From: Octopus vulgaris
Taxonomy: Eukaryota
Direction: 5' to 3'
Length of the DNA: 64,000 bases
Assembly: GCA_951406725.2 (NCBI GenBank)
Contig: OX597838.1
Coordinates: 33,604,001 to 33,668,000, forward strand
The position numbers and the translations under genes are program-made. Below the pieces are notes generated by a model that saw only the letters and a program-made list of their open reading frames with translations, did not search any database and was not told the origin of the DNA. The first letter of the stretch is position 1; each line of letters opens with the position of its first letter. This document shows positions 52,620-61,350 of this stretch, in pieces.

Positions 52620-55600
52620 CATGTTCATCATGACCGACCAGGCTATCAGATGTTGCTACACATCGCTGATCACAATGCGCTTCACATTGTTTTAGCCTTC
52701 AAATGACGCCACCCCGCTGGCTAAGCGAGCAGGCCAACAGAAGAAAGAGTGAGAGAAAGTTGTGGCGAAAGAGTTACAGCAGGGATCGTCGCCACCACCC
52801 TGCCGGAGCTTCGTGCAGCTTTAGGTGTTTTCGCTCAAGAAACACTCACGATGCCCGGTCTGGGAATCGAAACCGCGATCTTACGACCACGAGTCCGCTG
52901 CCCTAACCACTGGGCCAGTGTGCCTCCACACACACATATATATATATATATACACACACACTCACTCACACAAGCAGCTAGCAGTCTTCTGCTAGCCACT
53001 TGATAATCTTTTCACATTTGATTCCTAATTCTAATAATTTCTGGTATTGTCTACTGTTATGTCTTTGCTGCTAAATGTTCTTTTTCAGTCGCATATTTTG
53101 ACATTCCTTTGGTTGAACCTGCAGAAATGCCAAAATTAACAGCTGGTTTTTGTTGATTAATTTCTGTAAAAGGCTCTTATCTATTTACTTTGTTTTAAAG
53201 TGAAAGATGTATGTGCGTGTATATAAAATGGACATGAAAGAAATAGAGAGAGATGTGTGCATATGTATTTATGTATGTACACATACATGACAAAACATCT
53301 CTTCACTCTCTCTCTCACACACACACACACAAAAACACATACATAAATGTATACAAGCATACATACAAAAACACGCATGACTGACTGACTACAAATACAT
53401 AGAGCTGAACATGGTACACAAAAAGTAAATAAATAAAGTAATTTTAAGGAAATTGTGCAGGTTCAAGAAAAAGAATGCCCATATTTTTTTGGACACCCCA
53501 TGTTAAATTGCAAAATTATAATGTAGGTTAAGTTGACAGTATACAACCATTCTATCGCCCCACCACCGTACATATCTCTATGAGAGATTTAGAAATTTAA
53601 TATTTCTGATTTTGGTGATCAGTGAATAAACTTCACTGAAAATTAGATATATATATTTGAGAAGTCGAGACAGATATCTTCAGCTAGCAGGCCTCTGCTA
53701 CTCTAGACCGATGATGGGCAAAGACCCTGAAACATGCGTGTCTCTAGATGCAGGCCTAGCTGTTGGGGGTGTTTGTCTCCCCTTTGTAAATATATAAGGA
53801 CACAGGAAATGTGTCGAAGCCGACAGGAAGCGTCGATGCTTCCTAGGGCTAAACAGCGGTGGTGTAATCCCCTACTGTCACGTTAAGTTGACAGTATACA
53901 ACCACTCTATCGCCCCACCACCGTACATATCTCTATGAGATATTTAGAAATTTAATATTTCTAATTTTTATGTAATATTTGTGTAATAATGAAAACAAAC
54001 CTGGAGTGTGTGTATGTGTTTATATTACAGAGACTGTGTGTGTGTGTGTATGATGGAGTAAGTACCAGGGAATAACTATACACACAACAGTTACTTGCTT
54101 TGCTAGAAATAGCAACAAAAACCTTTAACTGTTTAGCATTCAGATTGCTCAGTCAAATGTATTGATCATTTAATCACATTGTTTTAAATTAATCATGCAT
54201 TATCTCATATCTTCCGAGGTTTTGATAATGTGGTTGTTCATTTCTAGAATGACACTGTAGGGTATGTCTGAGAGACCTGATCTGGCCAGTTTGAACATAA
54301 AACAAGTAGAATACTTAGGCTGGATAATCGCCGGTTTAAATGCTAAATGGCTAAATCACACCCTACTGGCCTGGTAGGGAAGTCGAATAAGGAAGACCCT
54401 TAACCAATCAGTCAAGCGATAAAAACCAAATCAATTTCTTACCTTTACTGTCCATACGCCGTCAACGACGTAACAATTCTGTTTTAAGAATAATTTACTT
54501 TTGTCCCTGGTATAGAGTCCCTTTTTACGACTGCAAGTAAAGACAATAAAATAAATATCAACGAAAGGGAACAGCACACAGGGGGTTAAAGATGAAGAAA
54601 TGGGGAGGGAGTTTATGAGAGGGAGGGCATCATGGAAGAAAGGGTTATGAGGGAGAGGGGTTATGGGAGAGGAGTTAGATTTCTGAAAGAAAATTTCATC
54701 TTGTCTTAGACTCGTGAAAATAATATGAAATCGAACTTTTATTTTAGACAAGCAGAAAGGACCTGGTTTCACCCAGGGGTAAATATTTCATAAAGGACCT
54801 GTTTCTGCCTTGGTGTGAAATAACACAATAGAGAGAGAATGACAGAGATGTTGCCATTATGGTATAAAATGTCCTTTACTATCTTGTACATAGCAAATGC
54901 ACAAACACGCACACACTCGCAGACACATACACACTCATATACAAAAGGTGACGCCATCACCGTCATATAAAATGTCCTTTACTACAGTTGACTATTAGAA
55001 AGATTATTTGAGAAAATGTTATATTGTTTCAATCCGAATGAAGATAAAAATTACATGTTGACATTCGCAGGATCTAGTACTATTACTCTTTTACTTGTTT
55101 CAGTCATTTGACTGCAGCCATGCTGGAGCACCGCCTTTAATCGAGCAAACCGACCCCGGGACTTATTCTTTGTAAGCCCAGTACTTATTCCATCGGTCTC
55201 TTTTGCCGAACCGCTAAGTGACAGGGACATAAACACTCCAGCATCGGTTGTCAAGCAATGCTAGGGGGACGAACAGACACACAAACATACACGCACACAT
55301 ATATATATATATATATACGACGGGCTTCTTTTCAGTTTCCATCTACCAAATCCACTCAAAAGGCTTTGGTCAGCCCGAGGCTATAGTAAAAGACACTTGC
55401 CCAAGGTGCCACGCAGTGGGACTGAACCCGGAACCATGTGGTTGGTAAACAAGCTACTTACCACACGGTAAAATTTGATTTGATGGGGCCATTTGAGAAT
55501 GCATAGGGAATAGGCAGAGAGACAAAATTTTCTATAGAGAGAGATTGATACACATACACTCAAGCATATGTACATATTTAGATGTGCACTAATATTTATG

Positions 55601-56416
55601 CACACATGCATACACCCACTCCTAAATATATTTATACACATGCACATACATGCATGCATACACACTCTATGTAAAATATATATATATATATATATGGAGG
55701 TGCAATGGCCCAGTGGTTAGGGCAGTGGACTCGCAGTCGTAGGATCGCGGTTTCAATTCCCAGACCAGGCGTTGTGAGTGTTTATTGAGCGGAAAAACAC
55801 CTAAAAGCTCCACGAGGCTCCGGCAGGGGGTGGTGATCCCTGCTGTACTTTTTCACCACTCTTTCTAAATGGCAGTGCCCCAGCATGGCCACAGCTCGTG
55901 AGCTGAAACTAGATAAAATAAAAATATACACACACACATATAAGACAGACAGTACCAACATTTGGAATACTTGACTGAATTTTAGAGGAAAGCTATTCTA
56001 TAAATGCTAAAAAAACCACAGGACACATTTAGCTGGAAGTTATCTTGGAAATTGCAAATAACTTCTGCAACTTGGTTGTAGTTCAAAAGACCCACAGGTG
56101 AAACAGTCTGCTGACCAACAAAAATGTTTCTGTATTAGAGTATAGAGAAAAAACTAGCAGGAAATGTAGTCTCTCTTGAATTAGTGCTTTTTATTTTTTT
56201 TTTTTTTGCACACCAACACAGGTATACCCCACCCGATTTTGTTTCTTCATAACTTTCAGGAACATGAGTATTTCTCAATGAAATTTTTTACAAACACTTT
56301 TCAGACAGTTTAGATTACGATTACAACAGAGCTTAACGTTAAAAAAAAAAATTTGAAAATTGATGGGTGTCCACAGACTGGAACGCATTTCTTTCAAAAT
56401 TCCAAGTTTCATTTTG

Positions 56417-56459
<43 letters not shown>

Positions 56460-59400
56460 ATGTGTGCAGGCCACCTACAACATCTAAAAAGTATTTGCAC
56501 AAAATTTCATTAAAAAATACCTATTCTCTGCAAGTTATGAGGAAACAAAATCAACTCACGCAAATGAAATATCCCAAACTCCTCTCCCACCCATCAAGAA
56601 TTTTTTGCAGCAAATTCCAATATAATTGGAATCTATACCACCTGAAAGGTATCTATAGACTACTATTAATTAAGATCAGACATTAACGGTCTTTTCTTCA
56701 TCACCTAATTATTTCTGATTAGCTTCTTAACCCTTTAGCATTCAGATTACTCTGTCTAATGTAATATTTATTAATATTCATCATCATTATCGTTTAACGT
56801 CCGCTTTCCATGCTAGTATGGGTTGGACGATTTTGACTGGCGCTTTCTAAATGGCGGTGCCCCAGCATGGCCACAGCTCGTGAGCTGAAACTAGATAAAA
56901 TAAAAAAATAAATAAAAATATATACACATACATACATACATACACATTCACACACACATATAAGACAGACAGTACTAACCTTTGGAATACTTGACTGAAT
57001 TTTAGAACCACTCCGAGAGTGTATTGAGTGCTTTCTATGTGCCACCGGCACAGGGGCCAGTCACGCGGTACTGGCAACGACTTCGCTCGAATCATTCTAC
57101 ACATACCACTAGCACAGGTGCCAGTAAGGCGACGTTGGTAACGATCATGCTCGAATGGTGCCCTTTTATGTGCCACTGGCACAGAAGCCAGTTGGCTGCT
57201 CTGGCAACGATCACGCTCGGATGGTGCTCTTGGCACCCTACTAGCACAGGCACAAGTGCCAGTAAGGCGATGCTGGTAACGATCACGTTCAAGAAATTAA
57301 CCATACAGTATCTCATACCATTGAAATTTTTATGATGTGGTTGTATATTTTTAGAATGACACTGTAGGGTAGGTGTAAGAGGCCAGATCTGGCTGGTTTG
57401 AGCACAAGTCCCCGTCACTTAGCGGTTCGGCAAAAGAGACCGATAGAATAAGTACTGGGCTTACAAAGAATAAGTACCGGGGTCAAGTTGCTCGATTAAA
57501 GGCGGTGCTCCAGCATGGCCGCAGTCAAATGACTGAAACAAGTAAAAGGGATAGAGTAAAGAGTAGAATATTTGGGCTGGATATGGCCAGCTTAAATCCT
57601 AAAGGATTAAAGCTCACTTAACAGAAATGAGTGTTTGGCAGGATCACACCCTCACGCCTCTCTCTCTCAACAATTCACAAACTTTGCAGACCTATCAAAC
57701 CAGATGCTCAAAACAGAAAGATCAATAACTTACCTGATCTGTACAGTTTTCACAGTGAGTGTTTCGTCTGACATTGTGTCTTTGACAACATATGTGTATA
57801 AGGTCGGATCAAGTCCCTGGTTCTGACTCTTTTCGTTCCTGTTAACGAAGATCAGCATTAGTCTAATTACATCAATAACGACATGCATGAAAACTAATTA
57901 ACAATGCAGCCACTACGTGTGCCACTTAGAAAGAGCAGCCAAATCAAACTCATATCACACCATACCAATCTTAAAAAGAGAAAAGGAAGGACACATGCTC
58001 ACAAGGGTCCCTCTATATGGATACTTGATAAGCTAGAAATAACACCCAAACCTCTTTCAAATCAAAGCATTGTCTTAAAAAAGAAGAAAAATCGAACAAG
58101 AGACCAAGCCTCAATACAGTGACTTGACATGCTAGAAATAGATACACTATCACCATCATTTAACTTTCACTTTTCCATACTTGAATGGGTCAGACAGTTT
58201 ATTAGCGGCAGATTTTCTATGACTGTATACCATTCCTGTCGCCAAAACTTCGCCTGTTTCCAACCTAGGTAATATTTCCCCATGGCCAGAAATGTTCTTA
58301 GAATATTGGAAATGAATGACACTGCTTGTATAACAGTGACACTCATTTACAACTATCACGCAATGTCAAGACAAGACGGTAAAAATGCACCCGCACACAT
58401 TTAGTATGATGGGTTTTTTTTCAATTTCCATCTACCAAACCCAACTCAAAAGGCTTAGGTTGACCTCAGGTCAGAGCAGAAGACACTTGCCCAAATTGCC
58501 ACACATCACACTCCAAAAATCCAAATACCAAATTATATTTTCACACAAATTTCTCGTTTTGGAAAGACAACTAGAAAGAGGGTAGTAGGAGCACTCCGTC
58601 GGTTACGACGATGAGGGTCCCAGCTGATACGATCAACGGAACAGCTTGCTCGTGGAATTAACATGCAAGTGGCTGAGCACTCCACAGATACGTGTACCCT
58701 TAACATAGTTCTCGAGGAGATTCAGCGTGACACAGAGAGTGACAAGGCTGGCCCTTTGAAATAATACAGGTACAACAGAAACAGGAAGAAAGAGTGAGAG
58801 AAAGTTGTGGTGAAAGAGTACAGCGGGGTTCACCACCACCCCCTGCAGGAGCCTTGTGAAGCTTTAGGTGTTTTCGCTCAATAAACACTTACAATGCCCG
58901 GTCTGGGAATCGAAACCGCGATCCTACGACCGCGAGTCCGCTGCCCTAACCACTGGGCCATTGCGCCTCCACAGAAAGAGGGTACATAATACATAAAATA
59001 TGCACCCTACATCCATTATACAGCTTTGACTTATAAAATTGCATCCTCTGGTTTTAGTACCAGGATCCACCCCTAATACACACACACAAACATATTTAAA
59101 GGTATAAGAGATGAACACAAACCCTATCCCATCTTCTGTTCCATCTTCTACATCGCCATTAATGGCATGTTTCTGGATTTGTTCTTCTGTTGGTGGTATG
59201 ATACACACTATTTTGTATGGTTTGCTGAAAGAGAAATTAAAAATACATAATATATATATATATATATACATATTTAAGTAGTTGAATGAATTATCCTAGT
59301 ATGGATAATTCGGTTAACCGATACCCGGGTAGCAAATTCACGTCAGAAAACACGGTTGAAGCTACATGCCAAGGGCAGAGATCATGTGCTTTCGTGTGGA

Positions 59401-61350
59401 AATTTGTGTGTTTATTTTACTATAAATAAATGAAAGAATGGAGTTGAACGACGATTTAACAAAATTCCTTTATTCTCAACATATGTTTCGAAGACTGCAT
59501 ATTCCTAATTCCGAAGGAATAAGGGGTGCATTATGCCGCCTTCTCATCAGGAAAGACAAGGAACTTATGTCAGCATCATGACGAACAAAAACTTTTAGAT
59601 GACTGCCCACATGGAGTCCATAGTGATAATCTTTCTTTCATTTATTTATATATATATATACATATATATCTTTTACTTGTTTCAGTAATTTGACAGTGGC
59701 CATGCAGGAGCACCGCCTTAAAAGGGTTTTACTTGTATGAAATCGACCCTACAACTTATTCTTTGTAAGTCCAGTACTTATTTTACTGGTCTCTTTTGCC
59801 AAACCACTTCTTGAGCAGTGATGGGGGAGACAGACACAGACACACACAAACAAGCTTTCAGTTTCCGTCTACCAAATCCACTCACAATGGCTTTGGTCTG
59901 CCCGAGGCTATAGTAGAAGACACTTGCCCAAGGTGCCACACAGTGGGACTGAACCTGGAACCATGTACTTGGGAAGCATATTTCTTATTTCTTTATTGCC
60001 CACAAGGGGCTAGACATAGAGGGGACAAACAAGGACAGACAAACGGATTAAGTCAATTACATCGACCCCAGTGCATAACTGGTACTTAATTTATCGACTC
60101 CCGAAAGGATGAAAGGCAAAGTCAACCTCGGCGGAATTTGAACTCAGAACATAGCGGCAGACGAAATACCACTAAGCATTTCGCCCAGCATGCTAACATT
60201 TCTGCCAGCTTGTCACCACACAGCCATGTCTGCGCCTATATATATACTCTCTCTTTTACTCGTTTCAGTCATTTGACTGCGACCATGCTGGAGCACTGCC
60301 TTTAGTCGAGCAACTCGACCCCGGGACTTATTCTTTGTAAGCCCAGTACTTATTCTATCGATCACCTTTGCCGAACTGCTAAGTGACGGAGACATAAACA
60401 CACCAGCATCGGTTGTCAAGCAATGCTAGGGGGACAAACAGAGACACACAAACACACGCGCACACACACATATATATATACATATATACGACAGGCTTCT
60501 TTTCAGTTTCCGTCTACCAAATCCACTCACAAGGCTTTGGTCGGCCCGAGGTTATAGTAGAAGACACTTGCCCAGGGTGCCGCGCAGTGGGACTGAACCC
60601 GGACTCATGTGGTTGGTAAACAAGATACTTACCACACAGCCACTCCTGTATGTATATGTATATATATATATATGTATATGTGACAGCCACAACAGTGATA
60701 AGCTTATTCACATACGAAACTACTACCAGAACATATTAAGAATAAATACTGTAAATCCTCGAGTATAATACGCAGGGGATTTTTAGGGGGCTGTACCTCT
60801 GAAAAACCTAAACCTTGTGTATAATAAGCACCCCTTCTCTAACTTGAGTCAAGGAGGTCTATATAACGTCCTTGGTTTGTAAAACTGTATATGGTAACGT
60901 CCTTTATTATTATTGTACATATAACATAATGCAAACGTGTAGCTCTTTTTGTGCATTTTGTTTGCAGAAAATAAAGAAATAACAGTAATAACGTTTAATA
61001 AATGTTGCTTACTGCACATTATTCAGAAGTTCCAATTCTTTAAATCACAAAAAGAAAAAAAATTATCATTTTACCGTATTCCTTCGTGGACCACATCAAC
61101 TATTTCTCCAATGAAGTAACGATCTTTTGCAAAAACGAACACATCGTCGTTCATGCCAGCTAACCGACTGCGATGGGTCAGGTTTGCCAAGTAGAGAATT
61201 GGTCGCTGAAGGTAATCGGGGAATGTAGCTAAGTGTCTTCTCGCTCGCTCTTCTGTTTCCACTGCTTCTTGGTAGGTTAATCCCCATTTTCCAGTTATTT
61301 CACACGACCAAAGAAGGCTGTTGCACAATATTATTCGCTCAAAAAACTCC
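12942..61350 (-). CDS. BAZ1A: Bromodomain adjacent to zinc finger domain 1A / ACF1 (21 coding exons, ~1596 aa in window; first coding exon beyond 64000)
   Basis: Exons join with consistent phases (4792 nt). Domains: WAC ([20 protein letters not shown]), DDT ([16 protein letters not shown]), WHIM1, WHIM2 ([12 protein letters not shown]), WHIM3 ([13 protein letters not shown]), two PHD fingers and a C-terminal bromodomain ([10 protein letters not shown]...[17 protein letters not shown]...NCKEYN). Confidence 0.95.
15751..15890 (-). CDS. BAZ1A: BAZ1A exon, bromodomain N-half ([26 protein letters not shown])
   Basis: tgtag|AG TCT ... ATG|gtaagt; 140 bp. Confidence 0.93.
16055..16665 (-). mobile_element. 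CR1-clade LINE 3' end, tandemly repeated
   Basis: [36 protein letters not shown] occurs twice and the 3' UTR tail twice; related pieces at 14362-14592(-) and 44370-44560(+). Confidence 0.8.
17751..17933 (-). CDS. BAZ1A: BAZ1A exon, basic/Ser-rich linker
   Basis: tgcag|GT AAA ... GAA G|gtgagt; 183 bp. Confidence 0.87.
18982..19440. mobile_element. Tc1/mariner (pogo/Tigger-like) MITE
   Basis: TA|CAGGTCGTCATCGACTT ... AAGTCGATAACGACCTG|TA: 17-bp TIR with 1 mismatch and TA target duplication. Confidence 0.85.
19614..20404. repeat. 67-bp GC-rich minisatellite (~12 units) expanded inside SINE family C
   Basis: Unit starts at 19676, 19743, 19810, 19877, 19955, 20022, 20089, 20156, 20223, 20290, 20357. 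Confidence 0.93.
20549..20751 (-). CDS. BAZ1A: BAZ1A exon, PHD finger 2 ([24 protein letters not shown]...WLCGSC)
   Basis: tgcag|C TCT ... AAG A|gtaagt; 203 bp; C4HC3 pattern. Confidence 0.92.
21141..21334 (-). CDS. BAZ1A: BAZ1A exon, end of PHD1 ([12 protein letters not shown]) plus acidic tract
   Basis: ctcag|ACT ... AGC AG|gtgagc; 194 bp. Confidence 0.92.
22497..22579 (-). ncRNA. Hammerhead-like motif with long, degenerate stem II
   Basis: TCAT-CTGAAGA-A-AAC...GTT-A-GAAAC-GGCT-GTA-ATGA. Confidence 0.45.
23428..23690 (-). CDS. BAZ1A: BAZ1A exon, PHD finger 1 ([32 protein letters not shown])
   Basis: tttag|AT GAG ... AAG|gtctcc; 263 bp. Confidence 0.93.
23766..24337 (-). mobile_element. 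SINE family B (Meta-domain-like GCCTTTCATCCTTTCGGGGTCGATAAA) in a tandem array, ~175-bp period
   Basis: Three units (23766, 23940, 24115) with one tRNA-like head. Similar array at 17270-17700. Monomers at 21960(-), 27180(-), 37515(-), 50000(-), 59985(-), 63060(+). Confidence 0.85.
25475..25616. repeat. Near-perfect palindrome, ~69-bp arms with 4-nt loop
   Basis: ...GACGGTCAATATGCTAGATATAGACGTCAAAAT-agcg-ATTTTGACATCTATATCTAGCATATTGACCGTC...; its left flank 25390-25480 recurs at ~52050-52135. Confidence 0.9.
25888..26182 (-). CDS. BAZ1A: BAZ1A exon (VKDRLQWR...[21 protein letters not shown]...)
   Basis: tccag|GTA ... GAA A|gtaagt; 295 bp. Confidence 0.9.
26398..26884. mobile_element. Composite hAT (Buster-like) MITE with duplicated left end
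   Basis: 8-bp TSD TCTTAGAT at 26390-26397 and 26885-26892; TIR CAGTGGTTTTCAAC / GTTGAAAAGCACTG; second left end at 26685. Confidence 0.82.
26622..26686 (-). pseudogene. 5'-truncated tRNA-His-like pseudogene
   Basis: TGGTCTAGTAGTTAGGAC-CCAATG-TTATGGC-CCTGG-TAAC-CCAGCTTCGAATCCTGG-TTACGGTA is colinear with eukaryotic tRNA-His(GTG). The anticodon is ATG, the anticodon stem is broken and the 5' acceptor strand is missing. Confidence 0.6.
29300..29830 (+). mobile_element. Degenerate CR1/L2-type reverse-transcriptase fragment
   Basis: Remnants of GV.QGSVL.P and YVDN.KL (YADD-equivalent) with frameshifts. Confidence 0.55.
31140..32394 (-). CDS. BAZ1A: BAZ1A large exon, WHIM2/WHIM3 with acidic low-complexity insert
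   Basis: tttag|G GAG ... GTG AAG|gtaagt; 1255 bp; inside ORF 31011..32468. Confidence 0.94.
34662..34772 (-). CDS. BAZ1A: BAZ1A exon ([16 protein letters not shown]...NNGIT)
   Basis: tccag|A TAC ... ACT GA|gtaagt; 111 bp. Confidence 0.87.
36215..36380 (-). CDS. BAZ1A: BAZ1A exon, WHIM1 ([25 protein letters not shown]...)
   Basis: atcag|AG TGC ... GCA AG|gtaagc; 166 bp. Confidence 0.9.
38820..39044 (-). CDS. BAZ1A: BAZ1A exon ([21 protein letters not shown]...[13 protein letters not shown])
   Basis: tctag|GA ACC ... CCA G|gtaagc; 225 bp. Confidence 0.93.
39090..39445 (-). mobile_element. LINE-like 3' end with (ATT)n tail
   Basis: Distinct composition ending in an (ATT)n run on the minus strand; clade not assignable by eye. 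Confidence 0.4.
39490..40165 (+). mobile_element. CR1-clade LINE 3' fragment
   Basis: [22 protein letters not shown]...YPER...L..QRL..DL...KII...TRGH.YK...[15 protein letters not shown], then a UTR and (ATT)n tail. Confidence 0.88.
40357..40452 (-). CDS. BAZ1A: BAZ1A exon (FSEEMCYS...AQYPMLTH)
   Basis: tgtag|AT TTC ... CAT G|gtaagc; 96 bp. Confidence 0.87.
40487..40707. mobile_element. piggyBac-type MITE family D (221 bp), representative copy
   Basis: TTAA|CCCTTTAG ... CTAAAGGG|TTAA. Many whole, partial or tandem copies (~3575, 13330, 14050-14360, 15205-15480, 24570, 27470, 27790, 30330, 33050, 36900-37290, 37845, 40712, 54125, 57300). Confidence 0.85.
40943..41236. mobile_element. Fold-back MITE with 8-bp TSD (Merlin-like GG...CC ends) nested in a family D MITE
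   Basis: TSD CAATGTCC at 40935-40942 and 41237-41244; ends GGCAAT/ATTGCC; ~130-bp inverted arms; TTAGGG/CCCTAA motifs at the centre. Confidence 0.82.
42062..42211 (-). CDS. BAZ1A: BAZ1A exon, end of DDT ([19 protein letters not shown]...)
   Basis: ttcag|AG GTT ... CCT G|gtaaat; 150 bp. Confidence 0.9.
43139..43184 (-). ncRNA. Minimal type-I hammerhead ribozyme (Penelope-type)
   Basis: GACAC-CTGAAGA-A-GGCTG(GAGGGTATAT)CAGCC-GAAAC-GTT-GTGTT; loopless palindromic stem III (ACGU). Confidence 0.7.
43220..43911 (+). repeat. 33-bp tandem repeat, 21 units (CCTGATGAAGGCTGGAGGGTATATCAGCCGAAA)
   Basis: Units at 43220, 43251, 43285, then every 33 bp to 43879; lies in the right arm of palindrome 43092-43962. 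Confidence 0.97.
44920..45058 (-). CDS. BAZ1A: BAZ1A exon, DDT domain
   Basis: tttag|TCG ... TTA G|gtaagt; 139 bp. Confidence 0.92.
46000..46069 (-). ncRNA. Type-I hammerhead-like motif, downstream copy
   Basis: CAT(G)ACAA-CTGAAGA-A-GTGTAAC...GTT(G)ACAC-A-GAAAC-TTAAA-GTC-TTGTATG, followed by AATAAA. Confidence 0.62.
46541..46636 (-). CDS. BAZ1A: BAZ1A exon ([32 protein letters not shown])
   Basis: ggtag|GAA ... AAG|gtttgt; 96 bp, phase 0-0; conserved W.+PR+D+EC.DLK motif. Confidence 0.92.
46781..46845 (-). ncRNA. Type-I hammerhead-like motif, upstream copy
   Basis: CAT(G)ACAA-CTGAAGA-A-GTGTAAC...GTT(G)ACAC-A-GAAAC-TTA-GTC-TTGTATG, followed by AATAAA. Confidence 0.62.
48644..48819 (-). CDS. 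BAZ1A: BAZ1A exon, coiled coil (LKAIEDEK...RLERER)
   Basis: tgcag|AA TTG ... AGG|gtaag; 176 bp. Confidence 0.88.
50230..51025. mobile_element. Penelope-like element fragment (RT thumb + GIY-YIG endonuclease) with inverted partial duplication
   Basis: + strand: [17 protein letters not shown]...HRAKTI (~50605-50695) and [31 protein letters not shown] (~50929-51021). An inverted copy of the GIY-YIG segment and 3' UTR is at ~50230-50590. Confidence 0.82.
51158..51378. mobile_element. Second piggyBac-type MITE family (221 bp)
   Basis: TTAA|CCCTTTCATTACT ... AGTAACGAAAGGG|TTAA. Confidence 0.85.
51661..51886 (-). CDS. BAZ1A: BAZ1A exon (DSIIKSLK...FFAGPKPLF...DKNK)
   Basis: ttcag|GAT ... AAA C|gtaag; 226 bp. 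Confidence 0.87.
52167..52585 (-). mobile_element. Non-autonomous Helitron, second family
   Basis: 3' end CAAACCTGAGCAACGCTGGGCTATACTGCTAG|T resembles that of 6848-7363; 5' half matches 33231-33437(+). Confidence 0.75.
53527..53962 (+). mobile_element. Retrozyme/pLTR-like unit: 355-bp period, 81-bp terminal direct repeat, central hammerhead-like motif (53702-53748)
   Basis: Direct repeats 53527-53607 and 53882-53962; TCTAGA-CCGATGA-T-GGG(CAAAGAC)CCT-GAAAC-ATGCGT-GTC-TCTAGA. Confidence 0.7.
54443..54530 (-). CDS. BAZ1A: BAZ1A exon ([19 protein letters not shown]...GVWTVK)
   Basis: tgcag|T CGT ... AAG|gtaag; 88 bp. Confidence 0.9.
57734..57838 (-). CDS. BAZ1A: BAZ1A exon ([20 protein letters not shown]...VQI)
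   Basis: aacag|G AAC ... ATC AG|gtaagt; 105 bp, phase 2-2. Confidence 0.82.
58591..58970 (-). mobile_element. tRNA-derived SINE family E, representative copy
   Basis: Head GGAGGCGCAATGGCCCAGTGGTTAGGGCAGCGGACTCGCGG...GGTTTCGATTCCC; related copies at 30691, 52620-52927(-), 55696, with body pieces at 15010-15590 and 46190. Confidence 0.8.
59123..59224 (-). CDS. BAZ1A: BAZ1A exon ([15 protein letters not shown]...EDGI)
   Basis: ttcag|C AAA ... ATA GG|gtttgt; 102 bp, phase 2-2. Confidence 0.8.
59474..59554 (-). ncRNA. Type-I hammerhead ribozyme with canonical core
   Basis: TTTC-CTGATGA-GAAGGC...(TGCA/TGCA, ATTCC/GGAAT)...GTCTTC-GAAAC-ATAT-GTT-GAGA. Confidence 0.72.
61075..61350 (-). CDS. BAZ1A: BAZ1A exon, WAC domain
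   Basis: ttcag|G GAG TTT ... ATA CG|gtaa; 276 bp, phase 2-2. Confidence 0.93.
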
